Shown: one piece after another, positions 18,924-28,381 of the stretch
Layout: every line of letters begins with the position of its first letter
Position numbering within the stretch: position 1 is the first letter of the stretch
Assembly: GCA_035253825.1 (NCBI GenBank)
Contig: DATFBM010000033.1
Coordinates: 12,265-76,264 of the forward strand
DNA: 64,000 nt
Source of the DNA: Acidimicrobiia bacterium
GTDB lineage: Bacteria; Actinomycetota; Acidimicrobiia; Spongiisociales; ZC4RG35
Reading direction: 5' to 3'
Position numbers and translations under genes: made by a program
Notes under the pieces: model-generated
Told to the model about the DNA's origin: nothing
Databases searched by the model: none
Seen by the model: the letters and a program-made list of their open reading frames with translations, nothing else

Positions 18924-20225
18924 CTAGAGGCGCTTGGCGAGGAACTCGTGGACGCCGGTCAGTGCGACCCGGTCTTGTTCCATCGAGTCCCGGTGACGGA
19001 TCGTGACCGCCTGGTCCTCGAGGGTCTCGAAGTCGATCGTGACACAGAAAGGAGTTCCAATCTCGTCTTGACGTCGGTAGCGACGGCCTATCGACTGCGT
19101 GAGATCGACCTCCAACATGAAATGGCGTCGGAGCTCGGTGGCCAGCTTCTCGGCCGGTTCGATCAACTCCGGCTTCTTCGACAAAGGCAGGATCGCCACC
19201 TTGTAAGGAGCCAGACGGGGATGGAGCGAGAGCACCACCCGCTTCTCCCCCCTTACCTCCTCCTCGTGATAGGAGTCGATCAGGAATGCGAACGTGGTCC
19301 TGGTCGCTCCCGCCGCTGGCTCGATCACATATGGAAAGAAGCGTTCATTCGACTCCTGGTCGAAGTAGCGCAGGTCTATCCCCGACGCTTCGGCATGCTG
19401 TCGAAGGTCGTAATCAGTCCGGTTGGCGATGCCCTCGAGCTCGTCCCAGCCCCAGGGGAAGGCATATTCGATGTCGACCGTGCTCGCCGAATAGTGGGAG
19501 AGTTCGTCGGCTTCGTGAGGACGGATTCGCAGGTTCCCCCCGCTCATGCCCAAGCCCAGATACCACTCATGACGCGTTTTCACCCAGTAGTCGAACTGAA
19601 CAGGGGCATCTTCCGGACGGCAGAAGTACTCCATCTCCATCTGCTCGAACTCCCTGGTCCGGAACACGAACTGGCCCGGTGTGATCTCGTTGCGAAAGCT
19701 CTTCCCCACCTGGGCCACTCCGAACGGAAGCTTGAGCCGGGCGGTGCGACGCACATTGTCGAAATTGATGAATATCCCCTGTGCCGTCTCCGGACGGAGA
19801 TAGACGAGGTTGTCATCGTCTTCCACCGGACCGGTATGGGTGCGAAACATGAGGTTGAAGGCTCGAGCTTCCGTGAAGCTGTTCGTCGCCCCGCAGTTGG
19901 GGCAGGTGTGGGGATCTTCGAGCTTGTCAACTCGGAACCGCTGGTTGCAGTTGCGACACTCCACCAGGGGGTCGGTGAAGACCGCCTCGTGTCCCGAGGC
20001 CCGCCACACATTCCGGCTCTGGAGAATGGCCGAGTCGAGTCCGACGACGTCATCTCGTTCCTGCACCATCGCCCGCCACCACTCGTCTTTGACATTTCTG
20101 AGAAGCTCAACTCCAAGCGGGCCGTAGTCATAGGCGGAACGGATTCCGCCGTAGATCTCGGACGACTGAAAAACGAAACCACGGTTCTTCGCCAGCGCGG
20201 CAATGGTCTCAAGAGATACCGACAT
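18924..20225 (-). CDS. glyQS: Glycine--tRNA ligase (dimeric class II type)
   Basis: MSVSLETIAALAKNRGFVFQSSEIYGGIRSAYDYGPLG. The start is trimmed to the ATG at 20225. Confidence 0.93.
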   Translation of the reverse strand: MSVSLETIAALAKNRGFVFQSSEIYGGIRSAYDYGPLGVELLRNVKDEWWRAMVQERDDVVGLDSAILQSRNVWRASGHEAVFTDPLVECRNCNQRFRVDKLEDPHTCPNCGATNSFTEARAFNLMFRTHTGPVEDDDNLVYLRPETAQGIFINFDNVRRTARLKLPFGVAQVGKSFRNEITPGQFVFRTREFEQMEMEYFCRPEDAPVQFDYWVKTRHEWYLGLGMSGGNLRIRPHEADELSHYSASTVDIEYAFPWGWDELEGIANRTDYDLRQHAEASGIDLRYFDQESNERFFPYVIEPAAGATRTTFAFLIDSYHEEEVRGEKRVVLSLHPRLAPYKVAILPLSKKPELIEPAEKLATELRRHFMLEVDLTQSIGRRYRRQDEIGTPFCVTIDFETLEDQAVTIRHRDSMEQDRVALTGVHEFLAKRL

Positions 20226-20257
20226 CGGACCGGGAAGGCTAGACCCGGCTACCTGCC

Positions 20258-20869
20258 TCAACTCTCCGGAGGTGCGCTCGAGTCAAGTCGCCGGTTTAGG
20301 GAAAACAGTCGCCCGAGCACAGGCATCAAGACCAAGTTGAGTCCATGGAGGACGCCGATGATCAGGAGGATGCCTCCAAATCGTGCCAACTCGAATTGAA
20401 TTTGATCGGCCGTAACCGTTGGCCGCCATCCCAGCCGTGGAGATACCGAGGTGGTGAAGAGAATGTAGGCGATGAAGATCAGGTAGTAAACGATGTCGGT
20501 AAGAACGATGAAGCTCTTGCCTGTGCGGGGACTGGCCCTGAAAACGTCGGCGGCATAGCTGCGGCCGAACCGCTTGATGAAGGGTCCCAGCCACAATGCC
20601 ACCGCGACAAGCAGCCCGGTTGCGATCAGCTCGAGCACCCACCAGTTCATGCGCAGCCTTCCTTCTTGATCGTCGGTTGTGAAGAAAACAATCGCAGCCA
20701 TCGCTGCCAGGGCTAGCAGCGCATAACCCCATGCTCTCCGCTGGGCCTGCCGGCGCTGCCGGTCGGCCGCTACAGATAGCTGTACGCGACCGAAGAGGTC
20801 CGGTGCCGGATCGACACGGGCTGCCCGGCCAGCCAATGCCTGGGTCAATCTGGCTTCTAGGGAGGTCAT
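20258..20869 (-). CDS. Polytopic membrane protein, putative anti-sigma partner of the upstream ECF sigma
   Basis: ATGA overlap with the ECF sigma gene. It has a cytoplasmic N-terminal ~45 aa followed by about 5 TM helices. No HxxxCxxC zinc motif. Confidence 0.5.
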   Translation of the reverse strand: MTSLEARLTQALAGRAARVDPAPDLFGRVQLSVAADRQRRQAQRRAWGYALLALAAMAAIVFFTTDDQEGRLRMNWWVLELIATGLLVAVALWLGPFIKRFGRSYAADVFRASPRTGKSFIVLTDIVYYLIFIAYILFTTSVSPRLGWRPTVTADQIQFELARFGGILLIIGVLHGLNLVLMPVLGRLFSLNRRLDSSAPPES

Positions 20870-21411
20870 GGCTGTTCACCGAGAGCCGCGCCGAGGGCGC
20901 GGAGTCCACGTTGCAGGTGTGTCTTGACTGAATTGACCGAAATGCCGAGCGTGCGGGCGATCTCGGACACCCCGGAGTCGAGGTAATAGCGGAGCACGAG
21001 CGTGTCCCGCTGTCTATGGGGCAGATCACGTAAAGCATCGATCACACGTTGCTGATCGGCCTTCTCGGCCACCAGCTCGTCGATCGGGGGAGCCTCGGGC
21101 TCGGATGCGGGGCGATGACGGAGTGAAACGAGTCCTCGCCGGTTGTGGTCACGTGCCAGATTGAGGACGATCGACCGCATGTACGCTGGGGCCCTCTCGC
21201 GATTGGTAATTCGTCCAGCCGACCTAGCCAGACGAATAAAGGCTTCTTGGACCAGGTCCTCAGCTGCGTCACGATCATCGACGAAGAAACGAGCCAACCG
21301 AACAAGGTTTGCCGCCTCCAAGCGATAGAGATCAGTCACCAGCTGTTCTGATTCCGGGCGAGCCGAAGCCCGGATCGCCGAGTCTTCGACCGGCGCCATC
21401 AGTGTCGTCAT
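20866..21411 (-). CDS. ECF-type sigma-70 family RNA polymerase sigma factor
   Basis: Region 2: AEDLVQEAFIRLAR...YMRSIVLNLARDHNRR. Region 4: QRDTLVLRYYLDSGVSEIARTLGISVNSVKTHLQRG. The start is trimmed to the ATG at 21411. Confidence 0.88.
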   Translation of the reverse strand: MTTLMAPVEDSAIRASARPESEQLVTDLYRLEAANLVRLARFFVDDRDAAEDLVQEAFIRLARSAGRITNRERAPAYMRSIVLNLARDHNRRGLVSLRHRPASEPEAPPIDELVAEKADQQRVIDALRDLPHRQRDTLVLRYYLDSGVSEIARTLGISVNSVKTHLQRGLRALGAALGEQP

Positions 21412-21443
21412 TGCCTTTACAGACGACCTGACCCCAAACTTCG

Positions 21444-21459
21444 GGTGACCTGTCACCCG
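21444..21459. promoter_or_regulatory. Perfect 7-2-7 palindrome in the divergent ECF promoter region
   Basis: GGGTGAC-CT-GTCACCC lies 33-48 nt upstream of the ECF sigma ATG. Function unknown. Confidence 0.3.
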
Positions 21460-21503
21460 AGGCGCCCGGCCAAATCGTCTGTGAGTCAGGAGGTAGATCA
21501 AAG

Positions 21504-22049
21504 TTGGGAAGGAATGTAGAAAGATTGTCGAGGTCGCTGTTCCTGGGAGCGCTCGGCGGGTTTCTCTGGGGAGTCGGGATGAGGGCGTGGATGCGTTTCA
21601 TCACATTCGATCCCGAGTTCACCTGGTCGGGAACACTGTTCATCGTTGGTGCAACTACTTTGGCGGGAACTATGACCGGACTCGCCTATCACCGGTGGAG
21701 GCTGGGCCGTGGCAACCGGTGGAGGACTCTGGGGCTTGCTTTTCTTCCCCTGGGAATGGCGGCGGGAGCTGTCATGGTCCCCAGCTTCGTTCTTGGCGGC
21801 CTGGCCTGGGGTCGTCGCCCATGGCATCCGTGGATACGCGTTGGATTGGCGGCTTTAGCAGTCGGGTTCCAGATCTTCTTCTTCACGAGCGGAGGTGAGA
21901 TTCCCTACGGTAAAGAACCGATCGCCTTCCCGGTTTACGCGCTATTTCTCGGAGTGGAGACGTGGGCATTTTCGATCATTGCCCGTCCGACGCGTCACGC
22001 CGCACTGGCTCCAGTGGCTCAACCTGCCGCAACGGTAGGCCGAGAGTGA
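21504..22049 (+). CDS. Membrane protein, unknown function
   Basis: 5-6 hydrophobic helices with a TTG start. The N-terminal helix region resembles that of the next gene (GALGGFLWGVGMRAWMRFIT versus SALAGFVAGFIGLGLITLRGVMRVLT). Confidence 0.55.
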   Translation: MGRNVERLSRSLFLGALGGFLWGVGMRAWMRFITFDPEFTWSGTLFIVGATTLAGTMTGLAYHRWRLGRGNRWRTLGLAFLPLGMAAGAVMVPSFVLGGLAWGRRPWHPWIRVGLAALAVGFQIFFFTSGGEIPYGKEPIAFPVYALFLGVETWAFSIIARPTRHAALAPVAQPAATVGRE

Positions 22050-22080
22050 AATCAGGAAAAGAGCAAGACTGGCACGCGGC

Positions 22081-22809
22081 ATGATTGCCGAGCCGATCGC
22101 CTCGCCGTCATTCCACGAGAAGTCGACTCAGTTGTTGCAATCACTCGGCAATTCCGCGTTGGCCGGTTTTGTCGCTGGATTCATTGGACTCGGTCTGATC
22201 ACACTTCGGGGAGTGATGAGGGTACTTACCATTACCTCCGGCGAGGCGGGACGGTTGACTGAAAACGGCAACGTCGCCGGCCAGTTCACAGCTGAGGGCT
22301 CCCTGTTTCTGATCGGAGCGGGGGCTTTCCTTGGCGCATTCCTCGGAGGGTTGTACGCAACCGTCCGTCCAGTGTTTTCGGGGAGGGCAGGACTGATCAT
22401 TCTCATCTTCGCTCCACTGGTCACTCGTCTCCTCGTGCTTTCGCCCGACAACGAGGACTTCGCCAAGTTCGGCCCCGGCTGGGTAGCAGTTGTTGGATTT
22501 ACGCTCGGGGTCGGGATCTACTTGGCGTTGCTCGAATTGTTTACACGCCTGCTCGAAACCCGGTGGCGAATCCCCAAACCATTTGCTTTGGTGCTTGGAA
22601 CCGGAGCGGGTCTGTTAGTGGTTCTGGGCGTTTTGAGCACTGGTGGTGCGTCCCCAGAGGCCTTGCTCTTTCCCGCTGTGGTAATTGCATTGCTGATCGG
22701 ACTCTGGGGCCGCTACGGGTGGCACGTACCCCTGGCTCGACTGGTAGTGATCGGAGTAGCGGTACTGGGCGTAATTGCTTGGGCGCAAGCGGCGATTGAG
22801 ATCGCCTAG
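22081..22809 (+). CDS. Membrane protein, apparent paralogue of the preceding gene
   Basis: Polytopic. Shares an N-terminal helix pattern with 21504..22049. Confidence 0.55.
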   Translation: MIAEPIASPSFHEKSTQLLQSLGNSALAGFVAGFIGLGLITLRGVMRVLTITSGEAGRLTENGNVAGQFTAEGSLFLIGAGAFLGAFLGGLYATVRPVFSGRAGLIILIFAPLVTRLLVLSPDNEDFAKFGPGWVAVVGFTLGVGIYLALLELFTRLLETRWRIPKPFALVLGTGAGLLVVLGVLSTGGASPEALLFPAVVIALLIGLWGRYGWHVPLARLVVIGVAVLGVIAWAQAAIEIA

Positions 22810-23546
22810 CCCGAGAGCCCCTCGGCTCTCCCGAAGCGGCGTTCCCGCTGCTGAAACTCAATCACCGCTTGTCGCAGGTGAGCTCGATTGAAGTCGGGCC
22901 ACAAGACCCCGGGAAAGACGAATTCGGCGTAGGCAGCCTGCCAGAGGAAGAAGTTGGACAGACGGTGCTCACCGGAGGAGCGCACCACGAGATCAAGCGG
23001 CGGCATCTCCGGCACATAGAGATGGGCAGCGACGGTCTGCTCGTCGATGGTCTCGGGATCGATCTGGCCAGCAACCGCCTTGCGGGCAATGGCGGCCACG
23101 GCCTCGACGATCTCACGGCGAGAGCCGTAATTGAAGGCAAAGACCAGCGACAGCGCAGTGTTGCCCTTGGTCAGCTCCGCAGCATCGGCCATTTGACTGC
23201 GGTTGTGCTCGGGAATCCGGGGGTCGGCGAGGTCGCCGGCAAAGAGCATGCGCACCCCTTGGCGGTGGAGGGAATCCCGACGGCGCAGCAGTAGGTCCTG
23301 GTTGAACCACATCAGGAACTCGACCTCATCGGCATCGCGGGACCAGTTCTCCGTCGAGAAGGTGTAGGCGCTGAGCCAGGAGATGCCGAGCTCGAGGGCG
23401 CCTTCAACAGTATCGAAGAGGGCTGCTTCCCCGGCTGCGTGGCCGGCCGTACGAGGCAATCCCCTGGCCTTAGCCCAGCGGCCATTTCCGTCGAGGATCA
23501 GCCCGACGTGGTGAGGGATGGCGTTGGGATTGTTGTCCTCAGCCAT
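22806..23546 (-). CDS. uppS: Isoprenyl transferase (undecaprenyl/decaprenyl diphosphate synthase family)
   Basis: HVGLILDGNGRWAKARGLPRTAGH...YTFSTENWSR...RSSGEHRLSNFFLWQ. Confidence 0.93.
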   Translation of the reverse strand: MAEDNNPNAIPHHVGLILDGNGRWAKARGLPRTAGHAAGEAALFDTVEGALELGISWLSAYTFSTENWSRDADEVEFLMWFNQDLLLRRRDSLHRQGVRMLFAGDLADPRIPEHNRSQMADAAELTKGNTALSLVFAFNYGSRREIVEAVAAIARKAVAGQIDPETIDEQTVAAHLYVPEMPPLDLVVRSSGEHRLSNFFLWQAAYAEFVFPGVLWPDFNRAHLRQAVIEFQQRERRFGRAEGLSG

Positions 23547-24258
23547 CGAGAATGGCGAGCGATCCCAGCCGACGATCTAGGTGATATTCGACGAAGCGAC
23601 GAGCCACGCCCATCGCTTCCCCGCTGAATGCGGGGTCGCTCGGCGGGAGAAAGGAAAGATCTGCTGCGGCCAGACCAGCCAGATAGTTGGTGAGGCCGGG
23701 CCGAAGCCGAACCGCACCCTCGGGCCGGCAGTTGGAGCAAACCGCCCCTCCGCTGGCAAAGCTGAACCGCTCGAGCCCTTGGCTGCGGCCACAGGACGCG
23801 CAGCGGCTCAGAGCCGGCGCCACACCGACCACTCCGGCGAGCTTGAGAAGGAAGGCGCTGACTAGATCACGGCCGCCGCCGCCGCCATCTAATGCCTTGA
23901 GACCGCGAAGGAGGAGCAGGAACAAACGGTGCGAGTTTTCATTCTCCTGGGCGACGGCATCGACGGCCTCGACCATGGTTCCCGCCGACATGACACGCTC
24001 GAGATCGAGTCGCACTCGGGCAAAGTTCTCGATCACTGTCGCCTGGGTGATGGTGTCGAGCTGACGGCCTTCGTAGACCACCAGCTCAACATGGGTGAAT
24101 GGTTCCAAGCGACCACCGAAGCGGCTCTTGGTCTTACGCACACCTTTCGCCACGGTTCGGAGCTTTCCGCGGTTGGGGCTAAGCAACACCACAACACGAT
24201 CGGCCTCCCCAAAAGGATATGAGCGGAGCACGATTCCCTGGTCAGTGCGAATGGCCAT
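23539..24258 (-). CDS. recO: DNA repair protein RecO
   Basis: MAIRTDQGIVLRSYPFGEADRVVVLLSPNRGKLRTVAKGVRKTKSRF. C-terminal Cys cluster CASCG...CSNC. Confidence 0.9.
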   Translation of the reverse strand: MAIRTDQGIVLRSYPFGEADRVVVLLSPNRGKLRTVAKGVRKTKSRFGGRLEPFTHVELVVYEGRQLDTITQATVIENFARVRLDLERVMSAGTMVEAVDAVAQENENSHRLFLLLLRGLKALDGGGGGRDLVSAFLLKLAGVVGVAPALSRCASCGRSQGLERFSFASGGAVCSNCRPEGAVRLRPGLTNYLAGLAAADLSFLPPSDPAFSGEAMGVARRFVEYHLDRRLGSLAILDG

Positions 24259-24270
24259 TGACGGCCAACG

Positions 24271-24960
24271 CTAACCAGTAGTCGACGCAGGGCCGAGCAA
24301 CGCTCGGGCCTCTGCCACCGCATCCTCGGCATGCCTTATCAGCTCGGCATTGCCGGTGCGCCGCCGCTCGGCAAGGGCAGCCTCGAAGAGCGCCAGGGCG
24401 CCGGTGGGATCGCCTGCGACAAGATGATCCCAACCGAGATTGTTGAGGAGCGATCCTCGCCAGCGGCGAGCGTCGGGATCCGTGGAGGCGTCGGCCATCG
24501 CTAACGCTCGCTCGTTCCAGGGCCGCGACTTCTCAGGCCCGCCCAGGGCCCCTTCCGCGATCGCCCGCATGTGCAGAGCATCAACCGCGAGGCCTTCGGT
24601 TCCAGCCCTTTGGGCGTGTTCGAAAGCGTCGTCGAAGTGTCTCAGGGCCAAGACGGGGTTGCCGCCTGAGTTGAGAATGCGGCCGCGCTCGATGGCGATG
24701 CGCGCCTGTAGGTGTTCTTGATCGGTTCCCTCCGACGGTGCGCTCATCGTCGACTCGACTCGAGCCAAGAGGGCTTCGGCGTCATCGAATTGGTCGAGCA
24801 GACCAAGAGTTCTCGCTTCCTGGGTCCTCCAAATAGCGGCCGTCACCTCGTCCGGAGCCGTCTCGGCATTTCGCTGAAAAACGAGCCGGCTGGCCGCTGG
24901 GTCGGAAAAGTCCCAATGACGGTAAATCTCGGCTTCGAGTTGACTGGGAGTCATGCCCAT
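24271..24960 (-). CDS. Tetratricopeptide-repeat protein
   Basis: Helical repeats (ALRHFDDAFEHAQRAG, ALALFEAALAERRRTGN). The start is trimmed to ATG 24960 (or 24954) because the upstream part is antisense to the PCD gene. Confidence 0.6.
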   Translation of the reverse strand: MGMTPSQLEAEIYRHWDFSDPAASRLVFQRNAETAPDEVTAAIWRTQEARTLGLLDQFDDAEALLARVESTMSAPSEGTDQEHLQARIAIERGRILNSGGNPVLALRHFDDAFEHAQRAGTEGLAVDALHMRAIAEGALGGPEKSRPWNERALAMADASTDPDARRWRGSLLNNLGWDHLVAGDPTGALALFEAALAERRRTGNAELIRHAEDAVAEARALLGPASTTG

Positions 24961-25231
24961 GGGTTTAGCAAGCGATTCCTCGATCAGCGATTTCACCAAA
25001 AGCCACCCGCAATGGAGTCGCGAGGGTGACTCCCTGGTGTCGGAATTCGAGTTCGAGGACTTCGGGGAAGCGATGGAATTTGTCAACCGGGTGGCCGAGA
25101 TGGCAGAAGAGGCCAACCATCACCCCGACATTGATATCCGCTGGAACAAAGTGCGGCTCGCTCTGAGCACTCATTCCGAGGGCGGAATTACGTCAAAGGA
25201 CCTCGACCTCGCCCGCTCCATTCTTGCGTAG
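24953..25231 (+). CDS. 4a-hydroxytetrahydrobiopterin (pterin-4a-carbinolamine) dehydratase
   Basis: EFEDFGEAMEFVNRVAEMAEEANHHPDIDIRWNKVRLALSTHSEGGIT. Confidence 0.85.
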   Translation: MPMGLASDSSISDFTKSHPQWSREGDSLVSEFEFEDFGEAMEFVNRVAEMAEEANHHPDIDIRWNKVRLALSTHSEGGITSKDLDLARSILA

Positions 25232-25838
25232 AAAGAACGGAGAGGGAGGCGTTAACCCACTCCAAGTTGGGGTTGTCGGAGGAATAGCGAGCCTCGAGGT
25301 TGGCCAGGATGCGGCGAACGATGCCTCGGGTGTCGACCGGGTTGAGCCAGGTCGGCTCCAGGCGGGGCGGGCCTCCGATCGACTCGGCCACCAGGCGGGC
25401 CGCCTCGTCCCTTCCGATCGCCTCCCCGAAATGAAACGGGTCCACGAGCTGGCCTGCGGCGTAAGCCAGGAAGTGGCCCGGGAGACCAACCCCTTCGACC
25501 TTGATCCCCGCCCGCTTGCCCACCTCAATCCAGATCGCGGTGACGACGATCGGCAGCCCGCGGCGAGTGTCGAGGACGCGGTGGAGAAAGTTGTTGTCGA
25601 TGTGGTCGTAATCCTCGGTGTTGCCTCCGATGCCCTCCTGGATCGAGATCACCCGGCGCAACGACAGATGCGTGTTGCCTGCGACCGCGGCCGCCATCTG
25701 ATCGAGACGACCGAGGTAGTGGAGCGATTCCAGACCCGGGTCGACGAAGGACCCGAGCAGCAGGCAAATCTCGGCGAGTCGATCGTTCTCGATCAGCTGG
25801 GGCAGGCGCTCGACCTTGGCGGCAATGGCGGAATTCAT
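25188..25838 (-). CDS. Transglutaminase-like / UPF0162 (SirB1-type) family protein
   Basis: NNFLHRVLDTRRGLPIVVTAIWIEVGKRAGIKVEGVGLPGHFL. ATGA coupling to the era stop. Confidence 0.65.
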   Translation of the reverse strand: MNSAIAAKVERLPQLIENDRLAEICLLLGSFVDPGLESLHYLGRLDQMAAAVAGNTHLSLRRVISIQEGIGGNTEDYDHIDNNFLHRVLDTRRGLPIVVTAIWIEVGKRAGIKVEGVGLPGHFLAYAAGQLVDPFHFGEAIGRDEAARLVAESIGGPPRLEPTWLNPVDTRGIVRRILANLEARYSSDNPNLEWVNASLSVLSTQEWSGRGRGPLT

Positions 25839-26728
25839 CGATCCTCAATTCTGTAACCCAGTCGATCGAGGGCGGCCGAGCGCCGCTGCCAATCGGGCTC
25901 GACCTTCACTCTGAGGGCGAGGTGGACTCGGGCTCCAAGAAGTGATTCCAGTTCGCGCCTGGCCGCCGATCCTGCTTCCTCCAACATCGATCCGCCCTTG
26001 CCGATCACGATTCCCTTCTGTGACTCTCGCTCGACGAGGACGTCGGCTTCGATCCGCAGCAGATCCTCCTCCTCATCTAATTCTCGGAGCCGAACGTGGA
26101 GAGAATGAGGCAATTCCTCCCGCAGTCGATCAAGAAACTTCTCGCGAATCAGCTCCCCGATGAGGAACTCCTCGGTTTGATCGGTGTCCATGTCGACGGG
26201 GAACAGTGCCGGCCCGGCGCCAAGGCGGGAAGAAAGTTCATCGACCAAGTCATCAATCCCCCGTCCGGAGAAGGCACTCACCGGTACGTAGGCGTCGAAA
26301 TTCCAGCCACCGGCGATCTCAAGTTGCCGCCCGATCTTCTTGGGACCGGCGACATCGATCTTGGTCACTGCCGTGACCACGGGCTTTTGGGCCTCCCCGA
26401 CCCTTTCGGCGATGAGACGGTCGCCAGGACCGATCGGCTGAGTGGCGTCGACGAGAAAGCAAATGGCATCGGCGTCTGACAAGCTTCCGTAGACCAGCCG
26501 ATTCAATCGGTGGCCGAGTTCCGCCTTGGGCTTGTGGAGTCCCGGTGTGTCAACCAGGACCATCTGCCAATTTCCAGCCGCATCATTCACGACTCCCCTG
26601 ATCAGTGATCGAGTCGTCTGCGGGCGGGTGGACGTAATCGAGATCTTGCGACCGACGAGCCGGTTGATGAGCGTCGACTTCCCGACATTGGGGCGGCCGA
26701 CCAGCGTCACCACCCCAGAACGTGTCAT
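25835..26728 (-). CDS. era: GTPase Era
   Basis: The internal ATG at 26728 gives MTRSGVVTLVGRPNVGKSTLINRL...DTPG...TKID plus a C-terminal KH domain. The upstream 117 codons of the track ORF are a shadow of the CorC-like gene. Confidence 0.93.
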   Translation of the reverse strand: MTRSGVVTLVGRPNVGKSTLINRLVGRKISITSTRPQTTRSLIRGVVNDAAGNWQMVLVDTPGLHKPKAELGHRLNRLVYGSLSDADAICFLVDATQPIGPGDRLIAERVGEAQKPVVTAVTKIDVAGPKKIGRQLEIAGGWNFDAYVPVSAFSGRGIDDLVDELSSRLGAGPALFPVDMDTDQTEEFLIGELIREKFLDRLREELPHSLHVRLRELDEEEDLLRIEADVLVERESQKGIVIGKGGSMLEEAGSAARRELESLLGARVHLALRVKVEPDWQRRSAALDRLGYRIEDR

Positions 26729-26741
26729 CCGTCGAATTCCA

Positions 26742-27911
26742 TCAGGCCCGACGAGCCAACACCGAGGAGACCCGCCGCCCCTGGAGACGATCGACCTCCA
26801 ACTGGAGGCCACAGATCTCGAAGCGCTCGCCCTCTTCCGGCACCCGTCCGGCCAGGCCCAGGACCAAGCCCGCCACCGTGTCCCATTCCTCGTCGGGAAG
26901 AACGACCGAAAAGGCATCTCCGAGCGCCTGCACCTCGAGGCGGCCATCGGCTCGATAAACCCCGTCTTCGACCGGTTCGAGGAGTTCCTCCTCAGGATCG
27001 TGCTCGTCCGTGATTTCTCCCACCAATTCCTCCAGGAGATCTTCGATCGAGACCACACCGGTGATGTCGCCATACTCATCCACCACCATCGCCAGATGAG
27101 TCTTCTGCGATTGCATCTCGCGCAAGAGGTCGGACGCTCGCTTGTTCTCCGGAACGAAAGAGATCTCCCGGACGAATCCGGTCAGCCGACCCACCTCCTG
27201 TCCGGCGGCATGCGCACCGAGCACGTCCTTAGTCAGAACCAAGCCGATCACATCACCGTCAGGTCCGGTCACCGGATAGCGAGAGTGACCGTGTTCGTTC
27301 GCAAGGGCGACCAATCCCCCGATATCGGCATCGGCTGCGATGGTGACCATGTCCTGTCTCGGGACCATGACCTCGCGGACGATCGTGTCGGTGAATTCGA
27401 GTACAGAGTCGATCAGTTCCCGTTCCTCCTCCTCCTCGATGGTGCCGTTTTCCGCCGGGATCTCCTCAGCCTCGGTTTCGTCGTCCGCGATGAACTCATT
27501 GGCGGCGGTGCCAAAGCGAACCATTGGAATCAGAATCGGTGCCAGCGAATAAGCCAGCGAACCGGCCCGTGCGCGCCCGAACCCCCGGGCGAGAAAGTCA
27601 CCTATGACCCAATAGAGGATCACCGGGATCGTCAATCGCCAAATGAGTGCCACACCCTCGACTCCCTCGGTGAAGATCCAGACCATTGGCGCCAGGGCAG
27701 CCAGGAGAAGGAACGACTGCACCGCATTGATCGAAGGGTGCAGCAGATCTCGCTCCTCGAGCAGCCGAGCAATCGCATCTGCCCCCCGGCGACCGTCTGC
27801 GGCGGCTCGCAAGGCGTCGGCGCGATTGGTTCGAATCGCCGACGTGAGCCCGGCGCGGAGGATGGCAGCGAGGGCCAGCAATGCGATTGAGAAGACAATG
27901 GCGATGGTCAA
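26742..27911 (-). CDS. Hemolysin-family / CNNM (DUF21)-CBS-CorC_HlyC membrane protein
   Basis: N-terminal TM DUF21 region, a CBS pair (VREVMVPRQDMV...HSRYPV...) and a C-terminal transporter-associated domain. Confidence 0.88.
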   Translation of the reverse strand: MTIAIVFSIALLALAAILRAGLTSAIRTNRADALRAAADGRRGADAIARLLEERDLLHPSINAVQSFLLLAALAPMVWIFTEGVEGVALIWRLTIPVILYWVIGDFLARGFGRARAGSLAYSLAPILIPMVRFGTAANEFIADDETEAEEIPAENGTIEEEEERELIDSVLEFTDTIVREVMVPRQDMVTIAADADIGGLVALANEHGHSRYPVTGPDGDVIGLVLTKDVLGAHAAGQEVGRLTGFVREISFVPENKRASDLLREMQSQKTHLAMVVDEYGDITGVVSIEDLLEELVGEITDEHDPEEELLEPVEDGVYRADGRLEVQALGDAFSVVLPDEEWDTVAGLVLGLAGRVPEEGERFEICGLQLEVDRLQGRRVSSVLARRA

Positions 27912-28375
27912 CGCCGAACGAGTCCCTGTGCTTTGAGAATGATTCGCTCCCGGTGCTCCATCGCCTCGGCCTCAGAATCGGACTGGTGGTCATAACCGAT
28001 GAGATGGAGAACTCCGTGCGTGATCATCAGCGCCACCTCGTCCTGAAACGAGACGTCTAGGTCTTGAGCTTGCCGGCGGATGTAGTCAGGAGCAATGACG
28101 ATGTCTCCCAGTAGGCGAGGAGGACCATCGATCAAGAACGGAGGCGGTAATCCGGGCTGCGTCTCCTCGAGAGGAAAGCTCAGTACGTCGGTGGGGGCCT
28201 TGTTGCCCAAAGCGTCGGCGTTCAATCGCGCCATCTCTCGATCGCTGACGATGGTTATCGAGAGTTCCGAGTTGGTCGGGTAGCCCTCGGCGAGGAGCGC
28301 CTGTTCAGCCCAGCGTCGCAGAGAATCCGGCTCGATGTCCGATCGTCCGTGTTGGTCTTCGACCTCGATCCGCAT
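27908..28375 (-). CDS. ybeY: rRNA maturation endoribonuclease YbeY
   Basis: HGVLHLIGYDH zinc motif. Confidence 0.93.
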   Translation of the reverse strand: MRIEVEDQHGRSDIEPDSLRRWAEQALLAEGYPTNSELSITIVSDREMARLNADALGNKAPTDVLSFPLEETQPGLPPPFLIDGPPRLLGDIVIAPDYIRRQAQDLDVSFQDEVALMITHGVLHLIGYDHQSDSEAEAMEHRERIILKAQGLVRR

Positions 28376-28381
28376 GCAGCC

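Noticed and set aside
18771-20399. 542-aa plus-strand ORF (and similar ones at 17723..19006, 26526..27890, 28349..29488, 30721..31656, 46733..47623, 42468..43671)
   Set aside because: Each is antisense to a strongly supported housekeeping gene (glyQS, dnaG, corC-like, pgpH-like, phoH, leuS, comEC). The composition is R/G/P/H-rich. These are typical stop-free shadow frames of a high-GC genome.
21505-21540. GGAAT-N17-GTC string as an ECF-type promoter
   Set aside because: It lies inside the probable coding start of the membrane-protein gene (TTG 21504, hydrophobic N-terminus). The -10 part is too short to be meaningful.
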